Below, piece after piece: positions 1-40,764 of a DNA stretch of 64,000 bases (positions are counted from its first letter, which is position 1; each line of letters starts with the position of its first letter). The position numbers and the translations under genes are program-made. Under the pieces are notes generated by a model that was given only the letters and a program-made list of their open reading frames with translations, did not search any database and was not told where the DNA came from. Origin of the DNA: Ylistrum balloti (Eukaryota); assembly GCF_031769215.1 (NCBI RefSeq), contig NW_026782836.1, forward strand, positions 434,001 through 498,000, in the 5' to 3' direction.

Positions 1-339
1 GTGCGTGCCATTTTCCGAGACTAATCAACCGCGTTGTTGACTTGGCTAATATTAATATCAACAAATATCAAGATGGATTATTATTAAATTTAGAAAATCT
101 CATGCAAATTAGTCAATTACGTTAACGTTAGGTTTTGTAGCAGATAATTATGCGGCCTTATATAGGAAGTTTATTTTACGATGTCGATCGGTGGAAAGCC
201 GCACGTGATTTACGGTGCTAATATCGGGATAGTTGGTCATCGTGAAATGAAGCAAACAACACGCCTATCGAAAGACATATCTGTCGATATAACGATTCGT
301 TCATGACAGTTTCAGATTACATTACGTTATGGTTCTAAG

Positions 340-520
340 CACATTATCAACCCTCGTAAATCAGGAGAAGTTATATATTTGAAATCAGAAAATGGACGAT
401 AACAAGGTCAAAGGTCACTGTTTTGAAAGCGTTCCAGACTTTGACAATTTTTCATTTCAAGTAAATGGTTTTACCAAATAACCTGGACCTATAATTATAT
501 TTATCAGACTGCAACAGAAA
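340..520 (-). repeat. Fragment of a TGACCTTTGACCTTG-type dispersed repeat (bivalve CvA/HINE-like non-autonomous family)
   Basis: caaggtcaaaggtcactg at about 403-420 is the reverse complement of the cagtgacc(t)ttgacc motif at about 61485 and about 46615-46730. The family name comes from recall; boundaries are uncertain. Confidence 0.3.
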
Positions 521-1894
521 GTAATCTTCGTCAATATGTCTACTGTAAAACATATACACGATAAAAAATTGGAACAAAATATCACTTTCACTTTTCAAAT
601 GGGTTCCATTAAAAGGAAAAGAGAAAAGAGACAGTAAAACATTTAAATGTTAACTACAGACTACATTTACACTGTGACTGCAAATCAAACTTCTTTTAAT
701 GTATTTTTAAAAAAGTAAATAGGGAAAAATAATTGCATCACAATAAAGCTATCTATATGAATAAAAGCTATTAAGACATAGGAGTACGTAAGGAGTAAAG
801 CAACACCAGAGGGAATACAGAACTCTGAAATATACTTATCCTGCCAGAACACTGTATTCTATTGTCGAAACGGGTTTTTTTTTTTTTGCAATTTAGACAT
901 AGCGGGTTTTTTATGTTCTGTGTCGGATGCATTCCGATATGTTTTCAAATGAAGTATTTCTATATTTTTAACTTCTTGATTTACTCCGTAATGTGGTTAT
1001 TGAAGTGTTATCCAATGTATAAATTCTGATAACCATCTACCAACCATCATTTATACTGCAATTGTGAAACTAAAAGATTGTAATCAACTTCGTAACCTTG
1101 GCTAGCACAAGGGATCCTACTATAACAGGCAACATGTGTACCTGGTATAAATCAACTGGGTCGGGCAGATAACCCGAAAATATTTTACATCTGATCAGAG
1201 ATTTTCTGTTACCGAGATGGAAGGGAAATGCATATTTTTACAGTTCCGTTTAAGTAACATTTGCTTAGATATAGAGAGACGTTGTCCTTGCATACATGAT
1301 ATAGCGATAATATATTGTTCTGTCGTCGGCTTTGACTATATTCACTAAAACCAATTTAATTTGGAATTACATGTTTGTTCAAGATAAACCAATTGAATTG
1401 AAATTGCTCTTGTTTGCAATTTAAGACACAATATTCCTTATATCATGTTTCATATAACGCAGGCATGTTTGTCCGATATTCAGCGAATGAAATATTTATG
1501 AAGTCCTTGAAACAGTTTCCAGTTTTGCTAGATCATCTTAAAATGAATTCCTTTTCCACTTCCTAATGTAGTTTGTGCTGTTGCCTGTTCTTACAGCAAC
1601 ATGCTGTTCTATAAAAACATTTCAGCCAGTTAGATATGTTCAGAGGTGCAGTGAGACCTACATTGTGACAGTGTACAATAGAGGTTTAACTGGGACTAAT
1701 TTAGTCGCGGCAATGAGATTGAAGGACGAGCTAATACTGACATTGACACTATCATTACATGGGTGTTTTAGGGCCGAGTACTTACAAATTTATCGGAGAA
1801 AGAAAAAGTATAAAAAACCGAAACAAATAACGAATTTCATTGTAATAGACTTTTATATCCTAACGATAACGATAAAATCAATCTATGTAACTGT

Positions 1895-2115
1895 TTTAAT
1901 GAAATGGGGCGATGTTCGTCGATCGTTAATGTTGAAATAGAAAATTCAGCTTATTAATTTTTTTTTGTTGTTGCAAGTTAATACATGATTGGAATATAAG
2001 TATTTAATGAAATGGGGCGATGTTCGTCGATCGTTAATGTTGAAATAGAAAATTCAATTTATTGACTTTGAAAGAATTTTTTTTTATGCAAGTTAATATA
2101 TGATAGGCATTTAAG
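1895..2115. repeat. Direct tandem duplication, 2 copies, 108-bp period
   Basis: tttaatgaaatggggcgatgttcgtcgatcgttaatgttgaaatagaaaattca starts at 1895 and 2003 (identical over about 54 bp), followed by a more diverged second half. Confidence 0.9.
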
Positions 2116-2194
2116 TATAGTGATTTAAATCTGTAATACAAGGTACATACAAATCAAAAGTAATAATAAAGTCATTTTGTAGGAGAAGCAAACA

Positions 2195-3271
2195 TACCAG
2201 GCGATATAAAAACGTTCCGAGTCTCTGACAACAAGAAGAAAATATTTGAATTTACACTGCTTTCTGTTTCAACAAAGTCGCATGCAAACTGCACACATTT
2301 GTTTCTCAAAGTGTGTCAATCATTGATACACCATTAGTAGATCACAACATCTTGGTCTAAAGATGTTTTTAATCTAGGAAGGAGATGGAAGGGCTGCATC
2401 TGTTGAATAGGGTGGTTGGGAAAGGTGTTCCATCGCAGCTCAGCTGGTGTACACTGTCGCGTTGTCTTGGTTAGGCAGAATCTCTTCTTGATTAATTGGC
2501 GTACCTGCTTCAGTAAATCAGCGTAATACTCCTATAAATTGTTGCTCCATGGGACAGGAAGTCGATGTGAATCACTCCCAGAAATGGTCGCTACTAACTG
2601 TTTTGTGGATCTTGTGGCTGTGAGCTTGTTTGGCGTTAGGAATGTGACGTGTTTCAATAACATTTCATTGAGTCCCGTTAACTAGAAAGAAAATGATATG
2701 GTTTTACCTTATACCGAGTTAGCAAGGCTCCACTTATGGTGGGTGATGATATTTAATGTCATCTGAAGTTATCTTTAGGGATTGCTTTTGCATATACCTT
2801 TGTAGTTTGTCATGAAATATGTGCCATAAGGACTTTTCTGAAAGGTTTGCTGATTGTACGAAGTTAAAGAGTAATATGGAAACTTTTCTACAGTAGTTTG
2901 TGCAGATTGCCAACGTTTTCCTTGCTAACATTGGTTGATATCAGGCCAGACCTGGGATCATCTTCTAAACTCTCTCTGCCATGCTTGAATTCCTACAACA
3001 AGTGTTTGATAATTGCAGAAGAAAGGCAAGTCTCCTAATAAACAGCGGTCGCGCAGATTGCTTCTCCAGGAGGAGAAACTTTACGGCAACCCTATACTCA
3101 ATTTTGTTCAATGCTACAACTCAAATAGGAAACGTCTCTCCACCAAAGCAACCAATTGAAGATAACAATATGATCCTACATTTAATCAATAGATCCAAGG
3201 ATATATTAGGTGCCATGCATTTAAATCCTACAGGGGAAATGATTCTCAAGGTGTTTCGGTAATCCCACGTA
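2195..3271 (-). mobile_element. Decayed mariner (Tc1/mariner, irritans/Himar-like) DNA transposon with pseudogenised transposase at about 2262-3111
   Basis: Minus-strand fragments in correct order: (M)NKIEYRVAVKFL, EFKHGRESLEDDPRSG, VIHIDFLSHGATI, EYYADLLKQVRQLIKKR, QDNA, LSQPPYSTDAA, LLPRLKTSL, KCVQFACDFVE. Many stops, frameshifts and deletions. Degenerate TA-starting TIR candidates at about 2195-2222 and about 3244-3271. Confidence 0.85.
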
Positions 3272-4622
3272 AAGAGAGGACATTATATTTTTCAGGAGAA
3301 CTTAAAGATTGTACCCAAGACACACAACGGAATAGCTCCTTTTAATAATTCAGAGCTAATCTATATATTATCGATAGTAAATGATTGATTAAGGTACAAT
3401 AATTTTAAACATCCATGTTATATTGAGAGAAGAAAAGAAGCGAGTCGCGTATTCATTTAACAGCAGATATGAAAAGTCGAAAGCGATCTTGTTTATGCAT
3501 TGTTTTTTTAAATGGTTAAGAAATAACCATTTTTCACTGCAACAGTGCTCGAACAAATCACAGTAAAATAAAGAGACACCTAACCGTACTCAGGCACTGA
3601 CAGCGTTTAGACAAGTTTCAATGATTTCCTTACATGAGAAGCCACATGATTACATTTTGTGCGCACACGAAATGGTAGATTATGTAATACCCAGTCGATA
3701 TGTAACATTTATTCTGCGGGTTTTAACGTCCAGCAATAGCCGCGGTCAGGTGAGTACGCATGTCAAAAGAAGATACCCGCCAAGACTGGGGAGGGGGAGG
3801 GGGGACAAGAAAACTCGAAACAGAGGTTTTCTAAGCATCTATGATTCTTCTTAAATGTTACCGTTAAAATATTTTTAAGGCGGAGTTTGGGTAGATAGTA
3901 AACTCTACATGTAAACTTATTTAAGCCTCTACGATTTCCTGTGAAACAATGCCATTTCTGGATAAGAATTTATCAGTGTGCTTTATGTTCCTCTAAAATA
4001 ATCCACAATCAATTTACATTTACCGAATTGGTTGAATAACAGGGTTACTAATCGTGCTATTGTATCTTAATCATTTAGTTTGCTGACGATGATTTCTTTA
4101 ACTTTTCATGTCGGTTTTCACTGTTTTGGCCACTGACATCACTGAATAAGACTGTGACTTCAATATATATACATATAATTTTATTTACTATTGGTAGCAA
4201 ACTCTATTTATTAATTTGTAGGGAAAGAACGTATGCTCTAAAAAGGATGGTGTAATCTTATCATTACTCAACGTGAATAACTTAAAAGATTATGTCCAGC
4301 TGATTTGATACTTTCTTTGTTTCATCAACTTTTAGTCTTAGAACATACACAGGAAAATAGTTCAGAACAGAAATATAGATTTTCCACCAGAAAATATATC
4401 TATAGCTCATATTTCTTCTTTGCATAACTTATTTTGGGACATCAACTTGTTCCAGCGACTAGATGTATGTGACCTATATTCCAAACATTTATGTTATAAT
4501 TATATAAATTATGTTGCTTACGGTCGTCATAGTGATATTATGGAGACGAATTCTGTATCATGCTGAAATATTGGTAAAATGTTGTTGTTTTTGTATAATA
4601 CAAACGTGTTCTTTTGTTACAG

Positions 4623-31065
<26,443 letters not shown>

Positions 31066-34000
31066 CGTCATTAAATGATGTAGGATGGAATGGAATTTGA
31101 AATGTGATAATTGGAACGATTAGGATCTCAAGAATACTTTTGTTAAGATGTAAAATGTACTGTTGCATTACACGAAGCGAGTTTTTTTAATGCAAAAAAA
31201 CAAAAAACAAAACAAAACAAAACACAAAATTGCATTCTGCTTGTACAGATGTCTGGTATAGCCTTTCGGATAACATATACATTCTGAATACTTACAAACA
31301 TTCTGAAAAGTTAGTGGCCAATCAAACAACTTATTTCTGATGAACAGACATGTTGATGACAGGTTGTAGGATAAAATTACAACGTTTTAACGTTTCCTGT
31401 ACGTTTGTTTTGTAAATTACTTACCTAACACGAGTAATATCTTATATTTATTAGTTCATTCACTTAAAAAAAAAAAGTATATATCTGTTGATGTCTTATT
31501 ACACGTTGTAATGATTTACCAACTGACATTATCTATAACAACAGCACCATTTATTTTTATACCATACATGTTGTTATACGTGGTAACTGCAACGTAAATA
31601 TGGTGAAATTGATTATATTTTAAAATACTGTATCTTTAAAATTACCCACATCTACCTAATTAAATTGTTTTCAGCATGACATGGTAGATCTTTTTAATGC
31701 TAAGTAACATTCTTCTATCAGTCGTTTTACTATCATAGTTATTGATTAATGCACGTATAATGGCGCATCCTTCGTTGGAAAATGAAGTCCAGATATTTTG
31801 TATACGAAGGTTTGGTAGGAAAATAATTTTGCTTCGTGAAATAAAGCCATGAATATTTAAACTTTTTATACTTTGCGGAAACAAAGCACGCATGAACTGA
31901 ACATGAGCACCATCAGTCAGCACCTAGTATGCTTGTTTTAAAAGATTCGAATTGGTGAAAATCATTCGAGTCAGCAAAGAACATGGAATTATAGTATGTT
32001 GACAGTAAATACGTTTATGTTTAATGCAGTCGATTGGTTTATTTTTCCGTTTGTATATAACGATGTTATAGTTGTATATTTTGACCTTTTTCATTCTAAT
32101 ACACAACATACTGTTTCCCGTGAAACATTGTATTTTTGTACCTTTGTTATTACAAGTGCTACATTTGTATTTCATACGACCTGTTAAATGTATACAGTAA
32201 ATAGATATATTCTATAGTTGAATTTGTTTGCACTACGTGATAACTGACCTTGTGATATTTGTCAATTCTTTGTATATCGTAAATGTGTATGATAGTAGAG
32301 CAATATTCAATTGTTCATAGCATGATGAGATTAAAACATGGATGACTTTATGCGAATTCATTAATTCGCGTTTTATTTACTTTAAAGAAAATCTAACAAA
32401 GCTTTGATTAAATAGGGATTAACTGGGATTAATTTCCTCTGACATCATGTTCCTTAAATCAATAAAAAGGCACTAAAATAAAAAGAAAAGATAAAAAAAG
32501 ATATATTCAGTTGGTTTGGAAAACGTGACAAGGAAAATTAACGATTGTGATAAGCTTTAAAAATTTACGCAATTCAGAACTACAAAATAACAAGTTAGAT
32601 CTGTTTTCGAAATACTAATTTAATAACTTGCCATGTTATATTTTGTGTCGTGTCGTTTGTGGTTTTTGTATTTGAACTTTTTTTGTGTTTGAAATCCTAG
32701 TCAGTAATAGACCATATTGACACGTCATCACGGAAATATATCAATTATTATGCGGAACTTTCTAGTCTACTATCTGTATTGAATATATACAAGTGTTTTG
32801 ATATTTGTTGTGATTTCGACTGATGGTCATTTCGAACATGACATCAAGATAGAAATACAATGACACAAATAGCTGGTGTCAAAGTATGTTTTAACAGTTA
32901 TATCATTGATGTCACCATGGGTTATATACTGGTGTGTTAAATGTGTTTCATTTCATTCTTTAAATTACTTAATTTCTATGTTTTAAGAGCTCTTGTGTGA
33001 TTATAAAATGACACATTTTCCGCAGGTTGTTAAAATAGCAATTCTTACATCATATCCAGTAAAATTTTGTATCTGACGTGTTGATGACTACACCTGATAC
33101 CAACTAATGAAAGATCATCCATGTTTTTACAATAATCGTCTCACTGTTTTACAGGTTGTTATATACAGGATCAAAATGTCCTGTCTATTCATTACCATCT
33201 TTTACACTGTACCCAGGCGTAATTACGCTCCAAATTGGTTCCTCCTCCGATGAACGAGACAGTATAGTCATTGAAACTTCACATATATATTTCGTACGTG
33301 TTGTAAGATAAGACTTTCTATTTTATCATGCGCAATTTTTAAATTCATTACTTGCCAACTATACTTTATCCCTATTAACAAGTATGCAAAATATGATCAT
33401 TTAGAGCATAAATATGATAAGCAACAAAGAAAGCAAAGAATACCAAGCGGATAAACGAGGTTTGATGTACGGATGAAACCAAGATGTGACAGAAAGCCAA
33501 AAGACGACTTTATAAAAATTACTTGATGTGCAATGTAACGTTTCCTCACCAAACATTGCTAATATAATTAGGTATCCATCAATGATTTAAATGAGTGGCA
33601 TTGCCCTTATTCAAGGTGGAAAATGGGTTCAATATAACAAGTGAGGCAATAATTGATTAGATAACATAAGTTATAAGACATGATGGAAAATAAATTCATA
33701 TTGGTATTTTATTTCCAAATTACAGACTTTCATATGTTGTTTGAAAATCAATCTTGTAACTATAACTAAACAATGTTTACAGTACCTTTTTATTGAATGT
33801 GAACAAACATGAACCTGTCAGGAAGTGTCTCTAAACGTATTGTTTGACTCGTCGATCTGATCGCAACGGTTTAAAGAAGTTCCATAATTAACACTTTTTT
33901 TCAATTTTAGTGATATTGATTCCAGAAGGATTCTGACGAGTTTAGATTTTGAACATACATTTTATAACGTTAACTTACAAAGATATAAACAAGACGTTCT

Positions 34001-37000
34001 CCAATACAGGAATTTTGCGGATATCAATGCTCGCCACAGGAACACAAAAATATATAGACACTCAACTATGTAAGAAGATGAAAATATAATCATTTTACAT
34101 AAAAACAAATATACATTATATTTATGAATTTCATTTTATAATGACACGTATATTACTGTCAAAACCAATATTGCAGATGAATTCTATGTTTCATGTTTGC
34201 ATTGTAAACTGTTTCTATGTCATAAAACATGTACAAGTGGTGTGATTGTTTCCTCGCATTGTAAATTATTGATAACATGACAAGCTAAAATAAAATGCAT
34301 ACTGGAAGCCTTCTCGTTAGAGCACACTACAAAAGTTATAAAACATATCCGTAAAAGACCTTATTACGTTTATAAATGTGTCAATCCCAGTGTAAACAAA
34401 TGATTGGACTGTCATCAGATTCGTACTTCAAACATCAATTTGATGAATCTAGGGCAAAATATGAGCATAAGCATGATTTATAAGGAGACAACTAAAGAGT
34501 ACAAGAAGAAGAACCAGGTGTTTCGGACGGATAAACGTCTGTTACGTCATCATCAACACCGCCATGTGTAGGTTTTGATCACTCACAGGCTTCTGGAATG
34601 GCCCCTCATATGAATGCAGTGAAACTTCACTGTTAAGACCTCCTTTGGTACCGAACACATGTGGTCTTAATAGGGAGGTAATAGGTGTTGTGTGTATATC
34701 CATGCATACAGGAATCTCTTTATGGCCATTTCTGTCAATATGTCATTAAATTAGTGTCTACCTGCTATTGTATCTTGACACCCTAACATAGCTGACTGAT
34801 CTGGTCGCTGACGAATGTACAAGATGATATACTCCGGGTTAATAGGTGATAAGTCAGCTGTCTGATTGGTGTTTTGTGCTTTAAGATTAGATCTAATTGC
34901 GAGTAGTTGAAATAGTGGGAAGGTCTTCACGATGACGTACTTTTCATAGTGAAGTACACAATAAATTACCATACAGATTTTCTTTTTTGTTTTGGTGGGG
35001 AGGAGGTGCGGACCGAAATCAAGTGGTGTTTGTAGAAAGGAACAATAGTCTTTAAGTGAGATTTCGTTGTAGCTTCAAAATGACTGAGATTTCAGTAGGG
35101 TTGTCATCAGGGTTCAGTTACGAGCTTGTGTCAAAACGTAGAGAACGCGTCCATAAGTCTGACGTGAAAGGCGATATGCAACCAGCTTGGTCGTTGACCT
35201 AACGGTTTTCAGGTTTAAAGGCATTTTAATTTTATATGATTCCAAATAGTTAATATTATCTGTTATTATATTTATGCACCATGACAAGTATTTCGATGTC
35301 TGTGATATAAACACGTATTCCTTGCATTGTTATATGTAATGTTACAATTATACTCTTCGAATAACACGTTATGATGGCATTCCTCCCTATATAACAATTC
35401 AATGATGTCGATCCAATAAATATTCTATTTTCACATTAAATGTTTATTCTCGGATTTAGAAACCTAATCATTACAGTGATTGCTTTGAAAGCGTGCCACA
35501 GGGAACATTTTTGTCAGAAATGATTGATTGTTAGGACACCATCGCAATTACAGAATTTAGATGTTGACTTTGTTATGTGCGATAATTCACATATTGACTA
35601 TAAGAACACATTATCGAATTGCATTTTGATGTGATGATATTAATCAGACCATAACAATAGTTATTGTTATTATTACAATTTGTAGTGAAACCGTCATTAA
35701 TCTCAAATCTCCTAGGGTCCTACGTGATGTCACATATATGATTATCCAATCCATAATGTGTAAGATTATTAGTATACCTACCAAGGAGCTCGGAGTGTCA
35801 ATCCAATGTTAGAAATAACAGGTTCTTCTAAGGACGTTTTAGACATAATCATAAATGATATATGTGTATATTGTCTTAAAGTTCATTTGTCAGTGTAATG
35901 TGTGAGATTTTAACTGACTTGTATGTTACTTGTGATTTTAATGTATTTTGTTTCTACTTTCTTATATCTCTATTTCACCCTAATTGTGAATTGTTGGCGT
36001 TTTTGTTAATAAATCCGAATACGTTATGAAACTTCGTCATTGTTTGAATATTTTACGAAAGGCACAAAATTGAATGGAACATTTTCCAAGCCAGTAAACG
36101 CCTTCTGATTTAACGACGATACCCACCATGTAAACCTTAGTCAATCCAAGTAAGTAGTGACATGTTCTCAGATAAGAACAAGGTATACAGCAAAAGAACA
36201 ATCAGGCAAACTAACGAACATCAAACACGTCTATTTTTCATATCGCACCAAGAAATAGAATAATTCTTAATTAGATCACTACGTGCGACCATGAAACTTC
36301 CCCATAATTTTCATCAAATTGCATGTTTTAAAATCGGGTTTTGTCCATCGGTTGACGACTTCTTGAACGAAAATCGTTAAAATGAGAACAGACCCTTAAC
36401 TATCAATTCAACTATGATATATAGACACAATAGGTTGAGGATGCGTGGGAATTGTTATACAGGAAATAGAAAATTCACAATGGCGAAATTGATATCATTT
36501 TGTCTATCATACTGCTTCATGGAAACCTGTCCATTTTTTTTTTTTTTTTTTTTTTGTCTTGTTTAAATCGTCATTATTAAAACTTACAAGGTAAAACATT
36601 GATGCACTATTAATACATTTTGGAATATGCTCATACTTAGTAGCATGTTACATCTATTACAAACAGGAACTATGTGGCACAAAATCAGTTTAAATAATTC
36701 TTAATTAATTTTATAAATATCCCATAGTTGCTACTTTAACTACTACTTAAACGAAATTAGAATATAACAGCCTACAGAATTACAACACCGATCGATAATT
36801 CTAGACCTACAGATCTCTGCAGCTTCCGGAGTTTTCTGTTTTTATGTTTTACTCTCAGGGTAGCAATCCAAAACATGTATCCTTTCCTTTCAATCCATTT
36901 AAATTTATGTTTGTCCTTTTTAATACTTGACATTGTATAACGAGACAGTTTGTTATTTCACTGTTATCCGAGGTTTTTGTATCAAGATGATATATTTGAG

Positions 37001-37524
37001 TTAAAATCAATCAATATTTGTTAAGAACGATGACAAATGTAGGGATAACAAAATATATCGGTGCTGAATCATCACTGAAAAGGTTGACATGGCTACAACA
37101 GGACCATACACTCATATATAGTTGTACAATAAATTATTGCGGATGTTCGCAAATTGAATGCGTGAGAAAATGAAATCAATGTATTCCCTGAATGTTTATC
37201 ACATCATAGCAATATTACTTTTCCAGTCCTATATGTGTGGTAATGGACCAAAAGCTTGAACAAAATATCACTTTCTTACTCCCTGAGAACTTCTCGATGG
37301 GAATGAGAATAAAGTATACAGAGAAAAAAACTGACTGCATAATGGTTTTCATGTATATGGATACAGTTTACACAGCATTGCCAATAGGTCAATGGTAGTG
37401 TTCATGCAAAATATGTTTCTCGGCTGAAACCAAGATTAAGTATTCTTATTTACTGTGTTACACTGCAGATTGTACAAAGAATAACGTATAAGGTAAAAAG
37501 TGCCATCATTATAGATTTTAAACA

Positions 37525-37780
37525 TAACGTTTTCTGGTCGCCATAGTGATCTCATTGAGAAATATTCGATTTCTTGGTGCGATACGCAGCTTGATGTGTC
37601 TGTTACTCGTTAGTTTGCCCGTTGGTTCCGTTGTTGTATGCCTTGTTCTCATTTGAAAACGTGACATTAATTACTTGGATTGACCAATGCTTACGTGGCA
37701 CGAGTCGATGAAACAGAAGACGCTTTATCTTACGGGATACCCGGTCTTATTCACCTTGTATTTTTTTAGGAGTCTCCGTG
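37525..37780 (+). mobile_element. 3' fragment of a Penelope-like retroelement
   Basis: SGRHSDLIEKYSISWCDTQLDVSVTR* then ttgcccgttggttccgttgttg...tctcatttgaaaacgtgacatt...aggagtctccg; matches the 59.7 kb copy. Confidence 0.75.
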
Positions 37781-39894
37781 TTCTTCAATATAGACAAAAG
37801 TTATTACATACATAGATATGTTTTTCAAGTGCTTGGAGAAAAAGTCCAGCAGTTCAGAGAGAATGAAAGTCTACTGTTACATCCATGACTGCATCGAAGT
37901 AAATTTTGCATCATATCAAGGAAATATCGCATTTGCAAATTGAGAATGTTTGGAATGGAGATATGAATTATGGCACATTTGTATGATAACGCATGTTTAA
38001 AGATTTTTAGATAAAAAAAAAAAAAAAAAAACGAAAGATAAGCGGAAATGTTCTGCGTTAGATGAATTTTATATTGGATTAATTTCAATAATTATTCAAT
38101 ATAAAAGATGTGCTGCCGAACTTTTACTGTCTAACCGTAACGTACGTGTGTACTTTTCTAACAGAACATCACATGGTGTGACGACAAGTCATCAAATAAG
38201 GCACGTGAGCAGACAGCGATAATACAATTGTGGAATCGTATTGTGATTTACGGTCATATTATACAGATGATCTAGAAATACACAATTGTATGACATCGAC
38301 GGCGAAATTTTTGGACGGCGTCGGGCTACCGGTGATCCGTGGATTACATATTGTATACAACTGTCTGGACTATTGAATCGTACTCTACATATGACATAGT
38401 TCATACTCTGTATAATCACATCCGATTTCGTTCGAAATTTGTTTATCTCGATTAGATAGGATAATACCAAATGCGATTCGACAACGTAAAGCGATTGTGA
38501 ATTTAAACAAATATTTACCACTCAGAAAGGCAGCCTTCCTTTCCTCATAAATGTGTTCGCATTCTGTACATAAATGTACATAATTAATATCCATTATCTT
38601 CTATATCTTACATATAATAATCACTACAATAACATCATTGTAAATGAAACATTTTACCAGCACTTGAACAGTACAATAAGTAAACAATGGACTTCATGAG
38701 AAACAGAATGATTCACGACAGGATTGTAGTCACCCAACACACACAAATGGTCTAGGAATGTTCCTCATGGCTCCCGACTGCCTTGTCATAATGAGGTAAC
38801 ATTGATTTATTGGTTGCCTTGCTATAGAGAATGTGAAAAAATAGCAGACTTACAAGGTGATTGAGAGAGTTACTACGGGTAGCTTGGGGATGAAAGACTA
38901 GCTGATAATTTTCAAAGGGATGTTTCATTCCGAAACGGATTCCAGATTCCAAGACGTTCTGTCGATCCTAGCAAAACTTATAACGATGTGTTTCAAAGTC
39001 TACTATAGCCTATCATAGTATACTACATAACTGGCCTGTTTTCATTTCATACGGTCAGGTCGTAAATATCGTAAACCAATGTGTCAATACAGTATTGTGA
39101 CGTCATAAATAAATCGAGTCTTGATGACATCACGTGATTTTTTTCGGTAGTGAAAAAATCTGTATTTGTCTATAGGGACATAAATTAGAATATATATTTT
39201 ATAAACTATAAGTATATGAGCAATATAATCACACCTGTGTCAATGTAAAATGTATTATGTCAGACTGCATAGATCACTTGTTATGTCGCTAGTTTGTATG
39301 GAGCTTTCAGTTTCATAGACTGTTCTTGATGCCAAATTCCGTTTCCAACAATAAGATATTCTGAAATGAAAATCGTTGGACCATGTAAACCATGACCATA
39401 CTAGAATTTTACTTAACTAAGTGTATATGTTACCAAGTCAAAACAATATTAGCTAATGGGAACTCGGCAAGAATATTAAGTGTGGCTATGCCAGAGTATA
39501 AAACATGGAACACGTGTTGTTACACTGTCCAGTTCTCCTATAGGATGGGCGATGTGCCTACCTAGTATATTGTGTGAGGCGAAAGATGATGTTAAAATTG
39601 TAAGACAAATAGTGGCATATTGTGTGAAGTAGCAACTTATCTTAACTTGATTACAAATGACTGGTATATTGAATTGGGTTTAAAATTATCTTCACCTTTA
39701 GATAAATAACTGGTGTGTCGACTGAAGTAGCAAATTATCTTAACTGTTGAAGCAAAGCACTTGTATATTGCGAAAGGTGACAAAACTTTCAGACACTAGT
39801 TTGGTGTCTGTGGCAGTAAATCATCATCACTGTGAGGAAGCCTAGTAGGATGCTGCGTGAGGTAGCAATTTTAAGACAAAATAATAGTAAATAG

Positions 39895-40020
39895 TGTGTA
39901 TTCTCATTTGACAACATGACATTACTTGGATTACATGGCGGGTGTCGTCGATCTGGCCGAAGACTCTTACTCGTTCGGAACACATGGTCTGTTTCGCCTT
40001 GTATATGTGAGTAATTTCCG
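39895..40020 (+). mobile_element. Short terminal fragment of the same Penelope-like family
   Basis: tctcatttgacaacatgacattacttggattacatggcgggtgtcg...ttactcgttcggaacacatggt; a reverse-oriented related piece lies at about 34510-34570. Confidence 0.5.
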
Positions 40021-40764
40021 TGTAGAAATTCGTTTTGTTTATGTTTTACCCTCATTTTATTGACTTTGAATTTGGATCGTGATTATGAATTTTATTGTGT
40101 TTTTTTTTAAATACACGTTCGGTAAAAAAAGAGAAAACATTTAATACAATGAAAAGTTGTTATTTTAATTTTGATCATTTTTTAACATACCTGCATATGT
40201 CAAATATGAATTTAACCATAACGATTTACTGTCATTGAGATAAACAACACAAGAAAATATCGTTATTTATCGTGATTTCTATGTTGGATGGGCAGTTATC
40301 TGTGAGAATATATACAGTCAAGTTGTCAATATCGAATTGGACTTGTCTTCCAGCAGTGTAAAATATGGAAATCGTCTGAAAAGATGACAGGAGATAAACA
40401 TATCCGATTAAAAGTGTATCTACATTCCGAGCTGGGGCATCAAAGGCAGACAGCTGAACACACAGGCATGTCATAAACACAGAGTGACATTAATGAATTG
40501 AATCTGCCTTGACCTTTCCTTCCACGTGTCATCATAATTTTTAATTTTACAGATATAAGGGAAGGTAGACACCAAGACATTGCTAACATGATTGAATCGA
40601 ATGGTAAATCTTATAAAAATCATGACCTTTCACTTGGATCGTAACGCCCAATGGTCAGTGGGCACTTATCACTGTAGAGGGCAGTCGCCACTGTGATAGA
40701 AATAAAGGAGCGGTTTGATGTGAGTCAAGGTCTTAACCAGTTAGAACTAGAAATAAGCCTCAGT

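Noticed and set aside
95-215. Octamer ATGCAAAT, TAATTA and CACGTG motifs as an enhancer
   Set aside because: Short motifs are common in AT-rich sequence and there is no conservation evidence.
785-995. Degenerate inverted repeat (ggagtaaa.caa arms)
   Set aside because: The arms are short and poorly matched in AT-rich DNA; at most a very old MITE.
1575-1940. 121-aa ORF
   Set aside because: No recognisable motif, intron-like composition, and it runs into the 108-bp duplication.
3734-3755. Strong donor CAG|GTGAGT at 3749/3750 as an upstream GC exon
   Set aside because: No convincing acceptor and no recognisable juxtamembrane sequence could be tied to it; unresolved without RNA data.
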